Below, in pieces: positions 22,356 through 32,358 of a stretch of 64,000 nucleotides of DNA (positions within the stretch are counted from its first letter, which is position 1; each line of letters opens with the position of its first letter). A program made the position numbers and the translations under genes. Under the pieces are notes generated by a model. That model saw only the letters and a list, made by a program, of their open reading frames with translations. It made no database searches and had not been told where the DNA came from. The stretch spans positions 1,922,001 to 1,986,000 of the forward strand of contig JBHGNT010000009.1 in the NCBI GenBank assembly GCA_043228905.1, read 5' to 3'. The DNA comes from Azolla caroliniana (Eukaryota > Plantae > Polypodiophyta).

Positions 22356-25331
22356 TCATTGTTCACCCAAATTGTCCAAAATACTTTGCTCAAGAATTTC
22401 CACTTGTTCTTCTTGTTGTGGTTGTTGCGGTTGTGCTTGCTGCTGCTGCTGTGGTTGCGGTTGGAACTGAGGCTGCTCCGGCCGCTCTCCTTGCTGCTGC
22501 TCCGTTTGTTTCGCTGACTCCGGCTGCTCCGTTTGTCTTTCTGACTCCGGCATCTCAGTTTGACTGCTTCCGGTCCGGTCTCCTTCCAGTAGCGGTTCCT
22601 CATCACTGAGGTTGACCGTAACCGGTTCTCGTTCTTTCTCTCCCCGGATCCGGGACCTCTCGTAACTTTCAAACTGGATCTGCGCCTCCAGCCTGTCGTC
22701 GTCCAGCTGAGCTACAAGTTGCCGGACTTGCTCTAGTTGGTCCTCCGCCAAGGCTTGAAAGTCTTCGGCCAGCTCATCTCTTATGCCGGTGAAGTCTTCA
22801 GAATTCAGCATATAGCAATCATCTCCATCCTTCCGCCGGTTCTCTACGTCAGCCCGGAGCAATTGGAGTTCCGCCGCGTTCGTGGCCCACTTGGTCCACC
22901 ATTTGACGGAGCCGTTGTCAATCAAGCTCTTGGTCTGGTTCAACCAGGCCCGCATGATATCCTGGATGCGACTTGCTCCCATTTGTGCTCTGCTTTCCAC
23001 CACTTGTCGCTCCTCCTTCAACTGCTTGATGAGATTTGCCGTATCCTCCGCCTGCTCTCTGTAGCGCGTCAGCTGCCCTTGATATGTCGTTTGCAGCCTC
23101 TGCAGTACCTCCGCCGCTCTTTCTTTTTCCGCCTGCTGTTGCCTGAGGAGCTCTGTCCGAACCTTCTCCGCCTCTTCCAACCGTCTTCTGTTTTCCGCTT
23201 GTTCCTTGGCGAATGCGGTTGCGGTCCGATCAACTACTTGCCGGAGCTCATCCGTCCGTTCCTTGTGCTCCGTTTGCAACCGTTTATACTCCCGGTGCAA
23301 TTGCTCAAATTCCTCCGTTTTTTGTTTGAGCTTGCCGTTGATCTGGCGATGGTTCCGGTCCTCCCGGTCCTTTACCTGCCGGAGTTCCTCTTTCAGGCGC
23401 TCTACTTCTGTTTCGGCGTTCCTCCGGAGTCTCTCCTTCTCTTGCAGCATTTTCTCCTTCTCCTCCTTGAGCCGGTCGTACGCTTGGTGGCCTTTCCGTA
23501 AGCTCTCCTCGGCCCGGCGTAGATTCTCAGCAGTCTTTTTGAGTTCTGCCTCCGCTGCCGTCTTCAATTCTCTTTCGCGGCTCCTCAGCGCTTCTTGGGC
23601 AGCTAGCTCATCCTTTAAATCCGCAAGCTCTTGGGCTTGTGCCGCATTTCTCTCCGGAACGGTTTCCGTTGCCGGGGTCTGATTGCTATGTACAGGTTGA
23701 TCTGACACTTTATTCTGTACATTGCCCGGAGTCACCGGTGCTTGGACTTGTGTTTCCCTTGTGACCCTGTCCAAGTCTTGTTCAAGGCTCCGGATTCTGG
23801 ACCGGGCCGTCTCTAGATCTACGGTTGTGACGAGCAACCGTTCCTGGTGCGCTCTCTCTTCCGCCTCTATATACTCGACCGCTCCGGCGATTTGCTCGCC
23901 TACCCACCGTAGCCACATGCTACTGGTGCCTTGTTGCTGTACTGGTCGGGTCGGCTCATTCACTGTGGAATTGTCTGGCCTGATTGCCTGCATATGCCGT
24001 TCCGGTTCTACTCCTTGGCCGCCGTGTGCTCTGGCTGGGCTCGCCGGCTGTTGAGTTCCGGTTCTCGCCGTCTCCGGAGCCGTTGGACTGACTTCTTCTA
24101 TAGAAGTCGACAAGACCGGTTCCCTACGCACCGGTTCCGGTTCTTCCCTTGTGGTTTGCTCAGGTTGAGTTGGGGGCGTTTCTGCCTCTCGTGGGTATGA
24201 CCGCTCCCCTCCTGTCTCGGCGGTCCTACTTCTTGACCGTCGTTGGAGGTGCTCTTCTGGCTCCTTCGTTTCCTCTTCCTGTGTCACGGCATGTTTCTGT
24301 GCCGTCAAGGGTTCTGGTTCCTTCTGTCCCGGTCTCCGTAAGGTTATCTTGACGGGTCGGACTGGTGACACCTCCTCCGGTTCTGGGACCCGTTTCTTCC
24401 CTTTCGTCGCCTTCGACGCCAGCAGCTGCTGTCGTTTGGACGCCGGCTTCGAGGTGCTTCCTTCCGATACTCTTGGCCGCTTCTTTGGCTGGACGGTCTC
24501 GACCGGCGGCACGAGCAATGTTATCCATTGAGCTACGGCGTGCCACAGCTTCCGGCCCTCCTTGCCGTCCTTCCCTCGTACCATGTCAATTGCCATGCAC
24601 AACCCGTCTGCAATCAACACCGGCCAGTCCACCTTGATCCCTTCATAGGTGGCTATGATCATCCCTGCTCGATTTTTTGGCATGACAGGGGGTCGGGGGT
24701 ACACGTGACCGTACTCATGGAGCACTCGAGCTATCTCCCTGAATAGCGGATCTTCGCCGCCCTGCGTCCGATAGCCTTTGCCGGCAACAGAGTACTCACC
24801 GAAATATCGGATGAGTTGCTCCGAGGTTGGGTTATCGATCTGAAAGATTCCTCCCTCCGGAAGGCCTGTTAGCGCGCGGATCGCTTCCTCGGTGATGACC
24901 TCTGTGGCGAGCTCCTTGATGACCCGGTCGGCTTCTCTGTGCGGCGGTGCCTCCATGATGGCCAAGAACCCCTCCAGTCCGTTTTGCCTGAACCATTTCC
25001 TGGCCGCTTCCGACAGCGTTTGTGGTTCCATGTCTGCTTCAAGGTCGAGGGAAGATGGCGAGGTAGAGTGGTGATGAGAGTGAGAGCGAGAGAGAGAGCG
25101 TTCTGAGCGTGGGGGTTCTCTGCGTGCAGGTTCGCGTTTGCTCAGCTTCCACTGTCTTGGTGCTTCTGTGCTTCTTGGCTCGCGAAATGAAAAGGTCTCC
25201 ATGCGTTCTGCTTCTTCTTTGTGCGTTTTGGCGCCTTTTTCGAGCATGCACACGTCGTGTACCAATTTAGTATTAAGTAGCGTGGCGTCTCTTAAATGCC
25301 CACTACGTACCTTTTCGCGCCTTGCTTTCAC
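22356..25331 (-). CDS. Extra ORF3 of E: plant-transposon-type N-terminal domain, long coiled coil and Q-rich tail (likely start at ATG 25031)
   Basis: 991-codon uninterrupted ORF in the sense orientation after pol; motifs ITEEAIRALTGLP and KVDWPVLI; E/K/R/Q heptad-rich region. Confidence 0.85.
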   Translation of the reverse strand: MKARREKVRSGHLRDATLLNTKLVHDVCMLEKGAKTHKEEAERMETFSFREPRSTEAPRQWKLSKREPARREPPRSERSLSRSHSHHHSTSPSSLDLEADMEPQTLSEAARKWFRQNGLEGFLAIMEAPPHREADRVIKELATEVITEEAIRALTGLPEGGIFQIDNPTSEQLIRYFGEYSVAGKGYRTQGGEDPLFREIARVLHEYGHVYPRPPVMPKNRAGMIIATYEGIKVDWPVLIADGLCMAIDMVRGKDGKEGRKLWHAVAQWITLLVPPVETVQPKKRPRVSEGSTSKPASKRQQLLASKATKGKKRVPEPEEVSPVRPVKITLRRPGQKEPEPLTAQKHAVTQEEETKEPEEHLQRRSRSRTAETGGERSYPREAETPPTQPEQTTREEPEPVRREPVLSTSIEEVSPTAPETARTGTQQPASPARAHGGQGVEPERHMQAIRPDNSTVNEPTRPVQQQGTSSMWLRWVGEQIAGAVEYIEAEERAHQERLLVTTVDLETARSRIRSLEQDLDRVTRETQVQAPVTPGNVQNKVSDQPVHSNQTPATETVPERNAAQAQELADLKDELAAQEALRSRERELKTAAEAELKKTAENLRRAEESLRKGHQAYDRLKEEKEKMLQEKERLRRNAETEVERLKEELRQVKDREDRNHRQINGKLKQKTEEFEQLHREYKRLQTEHKERTDELRQVVDRTATAFAKEQAENRRRLEEAEKVRTELLRQQQAEKERAAEVLQRLQTTYQGQLTRYREQAEDTANLIKQLKEERQVVESRAQMGASRIQDIMRAWLNQTKSLIDNGSVKWWTKWATNAAELQLLRADVENRRKDGDDCYMLNSEDFTGIRDELAEDFQALAEDQLEQVRQLVAQLDDDRLEAQIQFESYERSRIRGEKEREPVTVNLSDEEPLLEGDRTGSSQTEMPESERQTEQPESAKQTEQQQGERPEQPQFQPQPQQQQQAQPQQPQQEEQVEILEQSILDNLGEQ

Positions 25332-25361
25332 ACCCGTTCATACCTCGATTTTTAATGATTT

Positions 25362-25363
<2 letters not shown>

Positions 25364-25399
<36 letters not shown>
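25364..25399 (-). repeat. Poly(A)36 tract on the element strand between pol and ORF3
   Basis: 36 T on the + strand. Confidence 0.9.
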
Positions 25400-25400
<1 letters not shown>

Positions 25401-25413
25401 ACGGTGTGTGACC

Positions 25414-28400
25414 TTACACATCCGTAGGTCCCTTCGGACCCTGACCGTTTTCCTTACGGGTTGCCGTGTCTTCCTTCGTCACTACTACGGGTTCCCCGTC
25501 GTCTTTTTCTTCCGGATCGATCCGTACCGATCCCGGACAGGTTCCTGGTGTAGTGCCGGTGAGCTGCATAAACGGGTTCTTTGGCATCGGTCCTTTATAG
25601 GGCTTTAGTCGAAATCCATTCACCCACTTGCCTAGTACTTCCCCGGCAAGTGTCCCTATCTGATAGGACCCGTTGTATTCCCGTGTCAGCCAATACGGGC
25701 CTGTCCATCTGAATCGGAGTTTGCCCGGCATCTTGCCCATCCTCGTTTGGAATACTAGCACCGGCTTTCCAATGTCGAACATCTTCTCATTACCTTTCCG
25801 GTGACGGTCAACGAACGCTTTCCGTCGTCGTTGCTCCAGTTCCATGTGTAGGATGCTGGCCAGCCGTTGCTCCTCTAGTTCGCATAGTGCTGCCAGCCGC
25901 ATTTCCTCCGACTTCTTTTCATTCAGCCGTTCCCGTAGTTGGATCCGTAAGCTTGGTACCTGAAACTCGACCGACATGACCGCTTCTAAGCCGAATGCTA
26001 GCCGGAACGGCGTTGTCCGGATACTTGTTTTGTATGCCGTTCGGTACGCCCATAGCGCGCTATGGAGCTTTGTGTCCCAGTCCGTCCGGTTTTCATTGAC
26101 AATTTTGCGGAGAATGTTCTGCAGCGTTTTGTTGGTGGACTCTGCTAACCCGTTCGCCTGTGGGTAATACGGTGTGCTTCGTTTATGGACCACGGCATAG
26201 AACGTTGTTAAGCTTTCCACTACCTGGCCGAGGAAGTGGCCTCCTTGGTCGCTGATTAATTCAATCGGACATCCATATCGGCACCAAATGTTTTCGTACA
26301 GGAATTTTGCTGTGGATGACGCGGTGTTGTCTCTCAGGGCCTTAGCTTCCACCCATTTAGTGCAATAATCCGTTGCCACGATGACATAACGATTACCCGT
26401 TCTCATTGCCGGTGGCTTGAACGGTCCGACAAAATCCAACCCCCACTTCTGGAATGGCTCTAGTGGAAGTACCGGTTGGTGTGGCATCCGTGCTTGCTCC
26501 GTAGGCTGGCCCATTCGTTGGCATAGGTCACATTCCTTAGCATACTTGACGGCGTCTTTTAACGTCGTGGGCCACCATAAGCCGCTCTGCCATACTTTCC
26601 TTGCCGTCGCTTCCCCGGCATAGTGTCCTCCGGCAACCCCACAGTGTGCTTCCCGTAAGATTACTTCTTTCTCGTCATTACGGATTGCCCGTCTCCATAT
26701 TCCATCTGCTCCTTTGTGGTAGAGAGTGTCCCGTAACAGACAGAAATTGCGGCTCTGCACCGCCAGTCGTTTCCTCTCGTCCCGGTTCATTTCCTCCGGT
26801 GGCAGGCCCGTGCTTAGGAACTGGTGCATGTTTGTCAGCCACCTATCTTCTGATGCCACCGTGTCGTCCGCTGCCGTTTCCGGGGTGATACGGAATAACT
26901 CTGCGTCCGGGAATTCATCCGCTACTCCGTCGCCTGGTTCTCCGGACTCTAATCGGCTTAGATAGTCTGCTACGGCATGCTGGATACCGGGCCGGTGGAA
27001 AATCTCAAATTCGAATTCCTGCAACAGCAAGGTCCAACGGGCCAACTTACCGGTCAAGGACGCCTTGGATACTAAGTACAGGAGCGCCGAGTGATCCACA
27101 TGGAAGGAGAACTTCCTTCCCAATAGGTAATGACGAAACTTTGTTCCACTGTAGATCATGCCCAGGGCCTCCCGTTCTGTCGTTGAATAGTTCTTCTCCG
27201 CTTGGGACAGCTTCCGGCTGGCGTAATATACCGGCCGGTACCATTTAGGCTCCGTAAGTTGCATTAAGGCGCTGCCAATAGCGATGTCGGAAGCGTCCAC
27301 GAACACATGAAATTCCTTGCTCCAATCCGGAGGCTGCACGACGGGCGCTTGCGACAAAAGCACCTTCAGGGCATTGTATGCCTTATCCTCCGTATCCGTC
27401 CATTGGAACGGTGTCCGATGTACCGCGGTGTGTAATGGTGTAGCCAAATCAGCCAAGTGACGGAGCATCCGGCTGTGCCACCGGATCTGTCCTAAGAATC
27501 GGCTTAGTGCTTTGGCCGTTTTCGGCGCCGGTGCCCCTAGTATGGCGTTTACTTTGTCCGGGTCGACCGCAATGCCCTCCTTACTTACAATGTGTCCCAG
27601 CAATATTCCACTTGAAACTCCAAAGATGCATTTTGCTGGGTTTAAGCTTAGCCGGTATACCCTACACTTTTCAAGGCATAACCATAGGTGCTGCAAATGG
27701 TCTTTTCCCCGGCTATAGACTGCAAAATCATCCAGGAAAACTTGCATGAAGGCAGGAATGTATTCGCCGAAGATCTCCATGATGATTCGCTGGAAAGTTG
27801 CTGGTGCCGTTTTTAGGCCGAACATCATGACTTCGGCCACAAACACCCCCCATTCGGTGACGAACGCTGTCTTCTCCTGGTCGTCGGGGTGCATCCGGAT
27901 TTGATTGCATCCGCTGAAGCCATCTAAAAAGCAATAAACGTCATGGCCGGCGACGGCATCCAGTACTCCATCCGTGAACGGAAGAGGGAATGCATCCGTA
28001 ATTGTGGCGGCATTTAGTTTCCTGTAATCTACACACACACGGATTTTACCGTTCTTCTTTGGGACGACGACGATGGGGCTCAGCCACGTCGCTTTCTTTA
28101 CCGGCCGGATGAAGCCCACTCTTAGGAGTTTGTCGATTTCCTCCTTCACTTTGGCGGCGTAGTTGGGGTTCATTCGGTATTGTCTTTGCGCCACTGGTTT
28201 CGCGTCCTTGCCTAAGTGGATTTGATGCTGATATAATTGAGGGTCCAGCCCTCGCATGTCTTCGTATGACCAGGCGAATACGTCGCGAAACTCCGTGAGA
28301 AGTTTGATCATCGCCGCTTTATCTTCCGGCTTCATTTCTTTGGCGATGTGTACCGGCTTTGATTCGTCCTTGCTTCCTAGGTTCACTTCGTCGAGCTGGG

Positions 28401-29718
28401 ATGCTTTTACCCGTTGGGAAACGGCCATTTCCCGTTCCAATGCTTCCTGTGCTTGCCGTAATTCCCGAATCGCATCTTTGTCTGGTTCGGCTTCGGTGTC
28501 GTCCCGCTGCGGCAAGTATGGGGCTACGGCTTCAGCTACGTCGATCTCGAAGAGTGGTACGATCTTTGGGTGTTCTTCCAAGTACTGAGCTTCTTCGTCG
28601 TCTGCCAACCCTTCAAGCATGTTCACGCATTCCGCGTACAGCGGTGTGCATTCCTTACCGTTGCTCGTCCGTGGTTGTGTCGGTACCCGGACCTTGGCTT
28701 TCCCGCGCCGGAAGGTAATCATATTTTTCCGCCAATTTTGCTTGATGTGTGCTGTTTTCAACCATGGTCTGCCCAGCAGCAGTGGGTACGCGCCTTGCGC
28801 CTGTAGCTGCAGCACTACAGCCGAGATGTGAAATGTGTGGCCTCCTATGGTGACTTCCAATTTCCGTATTAAGCCCGTCGGCCGTACAGAGCTTGTATCC
28901 GCCATCCGTAGCCAGAACGGACATGGCTCCCATTCATGTATACCCAAGGCATCACACGTGCGAAGGCTTATTACGTTCACTCCGGAACCTCCATCGATTA
29001 CTGTGCCGGGAAGTTCGTGCCCTTTGACAATAGCTGTAATTACCGGACTACTGTTGTCCACCACCGTCGGTCCCTCCTCCGGATTCGAGAATAGGACTGG
29101 TGCCGGTGGGGCTATACCGTTTGTCATGCCCGTTTTTAGTCCTTCTGTGAATCGCGGCACGAGCTGCAAGAGTCTTCCTAATGGTAACGTGATCTGACAT
29201 TCTTGCAGTGCTTGCCATGTCTCGTTTTCTGAGTGGCTACCGCCGGCACTCCCTATGGTATTCGCCTTTTGCCGTTCCGCGTCCGCGACGTTCCTTTCGT
29301 TGGCTTCCTTCACCCATTCCGTCGCCTGCTTTCGTATGGCCTCTTGTGTTTCCCACTCTTTGGCTATGCCTTTCGACCGTGTGGTTACTTGCTGTATATC
29401 CGCTACTTCCGGAACCACCATATTAACTGCTGGTCGTTTCTCGTAGCTCTTTACCGGGCACTGGTTACTGTAGTGGCCTTCCTGCCTGCAGTAGTAGCAG
29501 TACTCTTTACGGGTATTGCTGGATTCAGCATTGCTGGTAGCCGGAGTCGGTCCCGTAGCGAGTGGTGCGTTCTGTGCCGGTTGGCTCCTTGGGGTTCCAT
29601 GTTCCGGGTCCCTAGGGTGACCACCTTTCTTGAAATTACGTTTCTTATTATTCTTATGTTTATTTCGGTAGTCCGGTCGTGGTGGATCGTAAAATCGGCC
29701 GTAGTCCTCCTGGTGCCT
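25414..29718 (-). CDS. pol: Gag C-terminus plus Pol (PR-RT-RH-INT) of E, intact frame
   Basis: ORF 25414-29421 extends in frame to 29718 and includes CYYCRQEGHYSNQC; motifs IDGGSG, FLDDF, DASD, HCG..H..CDLC, DFVGP and WTGPY. Confidence 0.95.
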   Translation of the reverse strand, partial: RHQEDYGRFYDPPRPDYRNKHKNNKKRNFKKGGHPRDPEHGTPRSQPAQNAPLATGPTPATSNAESSNTRKEYCYYCRQEGHYSNQCPVKSYEKRPAVNMVVPEVADIQQVTTRSKGIAKEWETQEAIRKQATEWVKEANERNVADAERQKANTIGSAGGSHSENETWQALQECQITLPLGRLLQLVPRFTEGLKTGMTNGIAPPAPVLFSNPEEGPTVVDNSSPVITAIVKGHELPGTVIDGGSGVNVISLRTCDALGIHEWEPCPFWLRMADTSSVRPTGLIRKLEVTIGGHTFHISAVVLQLQAQGAYPLLLGRPWLKTAHIKQNWRKNMITFRRGKAKVRVPTQPRTSNGKECTPLYAECVNMLEGLADDEEAQYLEEHPKIVPLFEIDVAEAVAPYLPQRDDTEAEPDKDAIRELRQAQEALEREMAVSQRVKASQLDEVNLGSKDESKPVHIAKEMKPEDKAAMIKLLTEFRDVFAWSYEDMRGLDPQLYQHQIHLGKDAKPVAQRQYRMNPNYAAKVKEEIDKLLRVGFIRPVKKATWLSPIVVVPKKNGKIRVCVDYRKLNAATITDAFPLPFTDGVLDAVAGHDVYCFLDGFSGCNQIRMHPDDQEKTAFVTEWGVFVAEVMMFGLKTAPATFQRIIMEIFGEYIPAFMQVFLDDFAVYSRGKDHLQHLWLCLEKCRVYRLSLNPAKCIFGVSSGILLGHIVSKEGIAVDPDKVNAILGAPAPKTAKALSRFLGQIRWHSRMLRHLADLATPLHTAVHRTPFQWTDTEDKAYNALKVLLSQAPVVQPPDWSKEFHVFVDASDIAIGSALMQLTEPKWYRPVYYASRKLSQAEKNYSTTEREALGMIYSGTKFRHYLLGRKFSFHVDHSALLYLVSKASLTGKLARWTLLLQEFEFEIFHRPGIQHAVADYLSRLESGEPGDGVADEFPDAELFRITPETAADDTVASEDRWLTNMHQFLSTGLPPEEMNRDERKRLAVQSRNFCLLRDTLYHKGADGIWRRAIRNDEKEVILREAHCGVAGGHYAGEATARKVWQSGLWWPTTLKDAVKYAKECDLCQRMGQPTEQARMPHQPVLPLEPFQKWGLDFVGPFKPPAMRTGNRYVIVATDYCTKWVEAKALRDNTASSTAKFLYENIWCRYGCPIELISDQGGHFLGQVVESLTTFYAVVHKRSTPYYPQANGLAESTNKTLQNILRKIVNENRTDWDTKLHSALWAYRTAYKTSIRTTPFRLAFGLEAVMSVEFQVPSLRIQLRERLNEKKSEEMRLAALCELEEQRLASILHMELEQRRRKAFVDRHRKGNEKMFDIGKPVLVFQTRMGKMPGKLRFRWTGPYWLTREYNGSYQIGTLAGEVLGKWVNGFRLKPYKGPMPKNPFMQLTGTTPGTCPGSVRIDPEEKDDGEPVVVTKEDTATRKENGQGPKGPTDV

Positions 29719-31278
29719 TCAGTAACCAGGGGAATGGTCTCTGTCGTATTGCTCGTGTCGCCTGTTGGGCTCCCGATAACGGTCCGATCGCTCATACCGG
29801 TCGTAGTTATCACGCCGATTCCCGTACCGGCCATCATTCTCTTGCCTGTCTCCGTACCGGACATCCTGTGCCGGTCGGTACCGGTTCATTTTTTGCCAAC
29901 GATCTTCATCTTCGTCTTGGCTGTTTCTTGGCTCGATCCGTCGGACGGGTGGTGCTTGTCGATTTAACAAGTTGTACTCGCACCGGTCCGTTGTATGACT
30001 CTTGGATTGACAAATCACACACTGAGTGCGCATGGTGCAGTCTACTGCCGAGTGTCCGGCATTCAAGCAGATTGTGCATTGAATTGCCTGCCGGAACCGG
30101 AGATCTTCCTCGGTGGGTAACGCCCATTGCAGTGTTCCCAGCGTAAGCCATGAGCTTGTCTTTTCCATTTCTCTGACCCGGTCAATGACCTGGTCGATGG
30201 TGCATCCTCGAAAGTCGATTACCGTACACACCGTGCGTAACGGTTCCCGGAGTCCGTTTAAAAATATCGTCCGTAATTCCTCCTCCGGAGGTGCACGGGC
30301 AAGCTGGCTATGCATTCGTTGGAAACGGATGACGAATTGGGGAATGCTTTCCCCTGCCTCCTGCCGGATCGTATAAAACAGGCCCACCATTGTCGTCTGG
30401 TCGACCTCCTTGTGGAAAAAATGCAAGAATTTTGCTTTTAATTCTGCAAATGTTGTGATGGTCGCCGGGTCCTGCGACCGCCGCCATCGTGTCGCTGGTC
30501 CCTCCAACGTGACTCCGAATTCCGCTATCTTCGAGCGTTCTTCTTCCTCCTGTGTCATTCGCTGGGACGTGTGATTTGCTTCCCATGTCTGCTCGAAGTC
30601 ATCAACATGCGCTTCCGCGTCCGGATCATCGCGATACTTTGCGTATTGGAACGGCATGTCGTCGTCCAGTATTAGGCCGCGGTTCAGTGGCGTTCGTTGA
30701 TATCTTTCCGGTTTTCTCTCCGGTTCCACTTCCGGTGCTTTTTCCGGTTCTTTTTCCGGTTCCTTCACCGGCTCTTCTTCCGGTACCTTTGCCGGCTCTT
30801 TCGTTGGTGTTGGTGGCGTTGCTTCTTCCACTTCCGGTGTTGGTGGGTTGACGGCTTCCGTTTGCGGTTCCGGATAGCCCTGGTTGAGTGGTTCCGGTTC
30901 TGGAGTCGGCACGGTATCCGACCCGTCGTCCTCCGGGCCGCCGGGGGTATCGTTGCTGCTCCGGTAGTTCGTGTGCACGCTGTATCCCCCTTCGGAATCC
31001 GATTCGTAGGCTGAAAAGGCTTCTGCCTCGTTTTCTCCGCTTGCCAGTGCCTCCAGGAGTCGTTCGGTTTCCCGAAGACTACTTAGACTGCTTCCGTCGT
31101 CCTGGTCGCGAGTTTGCCGTAACCGGAGAGATTCCTCCGCGACTCTCCGGATCTCGTTGGAGAACGAACGATCCGAGCGAATTTCCTGCGCTGCTTGCTG
31201 GAAAGTCTCACGCCGTCTTTGCCGTTCGGCGAGGCGTCGAGCTCGGTCTGTAACCAAGTCGTGCGTTGGTCTAGTCAT
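29719..31278 (-). CDS. gag: Gag of E
   Basis: 519 aa with a retrotransposon-gag core and zinc knuckles; ends at a single TGA in frame with pol. Confidence 0.9.
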   Translation of the reverse strand: MTRPTHDLVTDRARRLAERQRRRETFQQAAQEIRSDRSFSNEIRRVAEESLRLRQTRDQDDGSSLSSLRETERLLEALASGENEAEAFSAYESDSEGGYSVHTNYRSSNDTPGGPEDDGSDTVPTPEPEPLNQGYPEPQTEAVNPPTPEVEEATPPTPTKEPAKVPEEEPVKEPEKEPEKAPEVEPERKPERYQRTPLNRGLILDDDMPFQYAKYRDDPDAEAHVDDFEQTWEANHTSQRMTQEEEERSKIAEFGVTLEGPATRWRRSQDPATITTFAELKAKFLHFFHKEVDQTTMVGLFYTIRQEAGESIPQFVIRFQRMHSQLARAPPEEELRTIFLNGLREPLRTVCTVIDFRGCTIDQVIDRVREMEKTSSWLTLGTLQWALPTEEDLRFRQAIQCTICLNAGHSAVDCTMRTQCVICQSKSHTTDRCEYNLLNRQAPPVRRIEPRNSQDEDEDRWQKMNRYRPAQDVRYGDRQENDGRYGNRRDNYDRYERSDRYREPNRRHEQYDRDHSPGY

Positions 31279-31313
31279 CCATTACCGTCGTTCGTTGCGA
31301 GAAAGCAGGAATC

Positions 31314-31323
31314 GTGGTCGCCA
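31314..31323 (-). promoter_or_regulatory. PBS of E (TGGCGACCAC, tRNA-Arg type)
   Basis: TGG-initiated, 6 nt after the 5' LTR; resembles the complement of the recalled tRNA-Arg(UCG) 3' end. Confidence 0.65.
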
Positions 31324-32358
31324 AAACTGTGTTATTCTCTTAGCCGGACAAGGCCTAACACAAGGTGTCACGGAGACACTTCACCAAAGGGTGATTACGG
31401 CATAGGATTAAGATTCAACGATTACACCGACTTACGTAGGTTATACGATTAGATTGCTTGGTTAATTACACGCGTAAGATATAACAGTGATTGCAGAACG
31501 GAAATCAAGACAGAAGTGTAAACATCATAAACTCTATTAATTATCCGCTGTCATTACAATGGGGTCCGGGCCTTTAAATAGGTTTCCGGCCCGTAGTACA
31601 AAACGGTGCCCCTCGCACCTATTCGGGATCCGTCCGGATCTGGAACGGCATACCGTTTCCAGTCCGTCCGTCCACACTATCCTCATTTACAACCATATAT
31701 AATTAATTCCTTCACTCCGTATTTTGGACTCCTTGCCGGCCGGTAACAACCGGCTCGTGACCAACGGCCGGCAACAGGGAACAGGTGTATGTGGTGCGAC
31801 GAGGTCGGCCACATTCGGAAGGACTGCGGCGATTTCGCAGAGGCGTTGAGGAACCAGGTGGTGTACCTGTGGGAAGGCCGGGTGCATGCCGGCGATACCA
31901 AAAGGGCCCTAAACCGACACATGGAGGCCATGCACTACTCGGCGTCGGCCGGTATTCGGGTCGGGGGCAGCGAGGCCCGAAAGGAGAGCAAAGACGGATT
32001 CTTATCGGCAATGCTGGAAGGCCTCGCCGGCACACGGTTGAGGGAAGATGAAGCGGACCGCGCTGAGAGACGGGTCCGGGAAATAACCGGGTGGAGCGAC
32101 CCGGTCGAGGAGAAGACGGGCTTCGTAGAAGCCGCCTGCCAGAACTACGAGGCTCTGGTGGAAGACAAACGAGTGGGGAAAGCCGAAGCAGCCGGGCCCT
32201 CAGAACGATACAAGACTTGATTCGGGCAACGACGGAACGATGCCGGTGGGTCCAGCGCGCAAGATAACCCCAGGAAGGGCGGATACTGACTGGGGACGGA
32301 AATAGAAAGGACCACGGACCTACGAAATGTCCTAGAAGAGCGGATCCTCGACTGCAAA

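Larger units (their letters stand above)
21885..31748 (-). mobile_element. Young Athila-like (non-chromovirus) Gypsy element E with an extra 3' ORF
   Basis: 419-bp LTRs at 21885-22303 and 31330-31748 differ at one position by eye; TSD ACCGG; gag-pol plus ORF3. Confidence 0.96.

Noticed and set aside
22356-25331. ORF3 as a retroviral envelope protein
   Set aside because: No visible signal peptide or transmembrane helix; the protein is hydrophilic and coiled-coil.
25364-25399. Poly(T) tract as the tail of a separate LINE or retrogene insertion
   Set aside because: No TSD or inserted body was seen; it lies in the pol-ORF3 spacer of an intact element.
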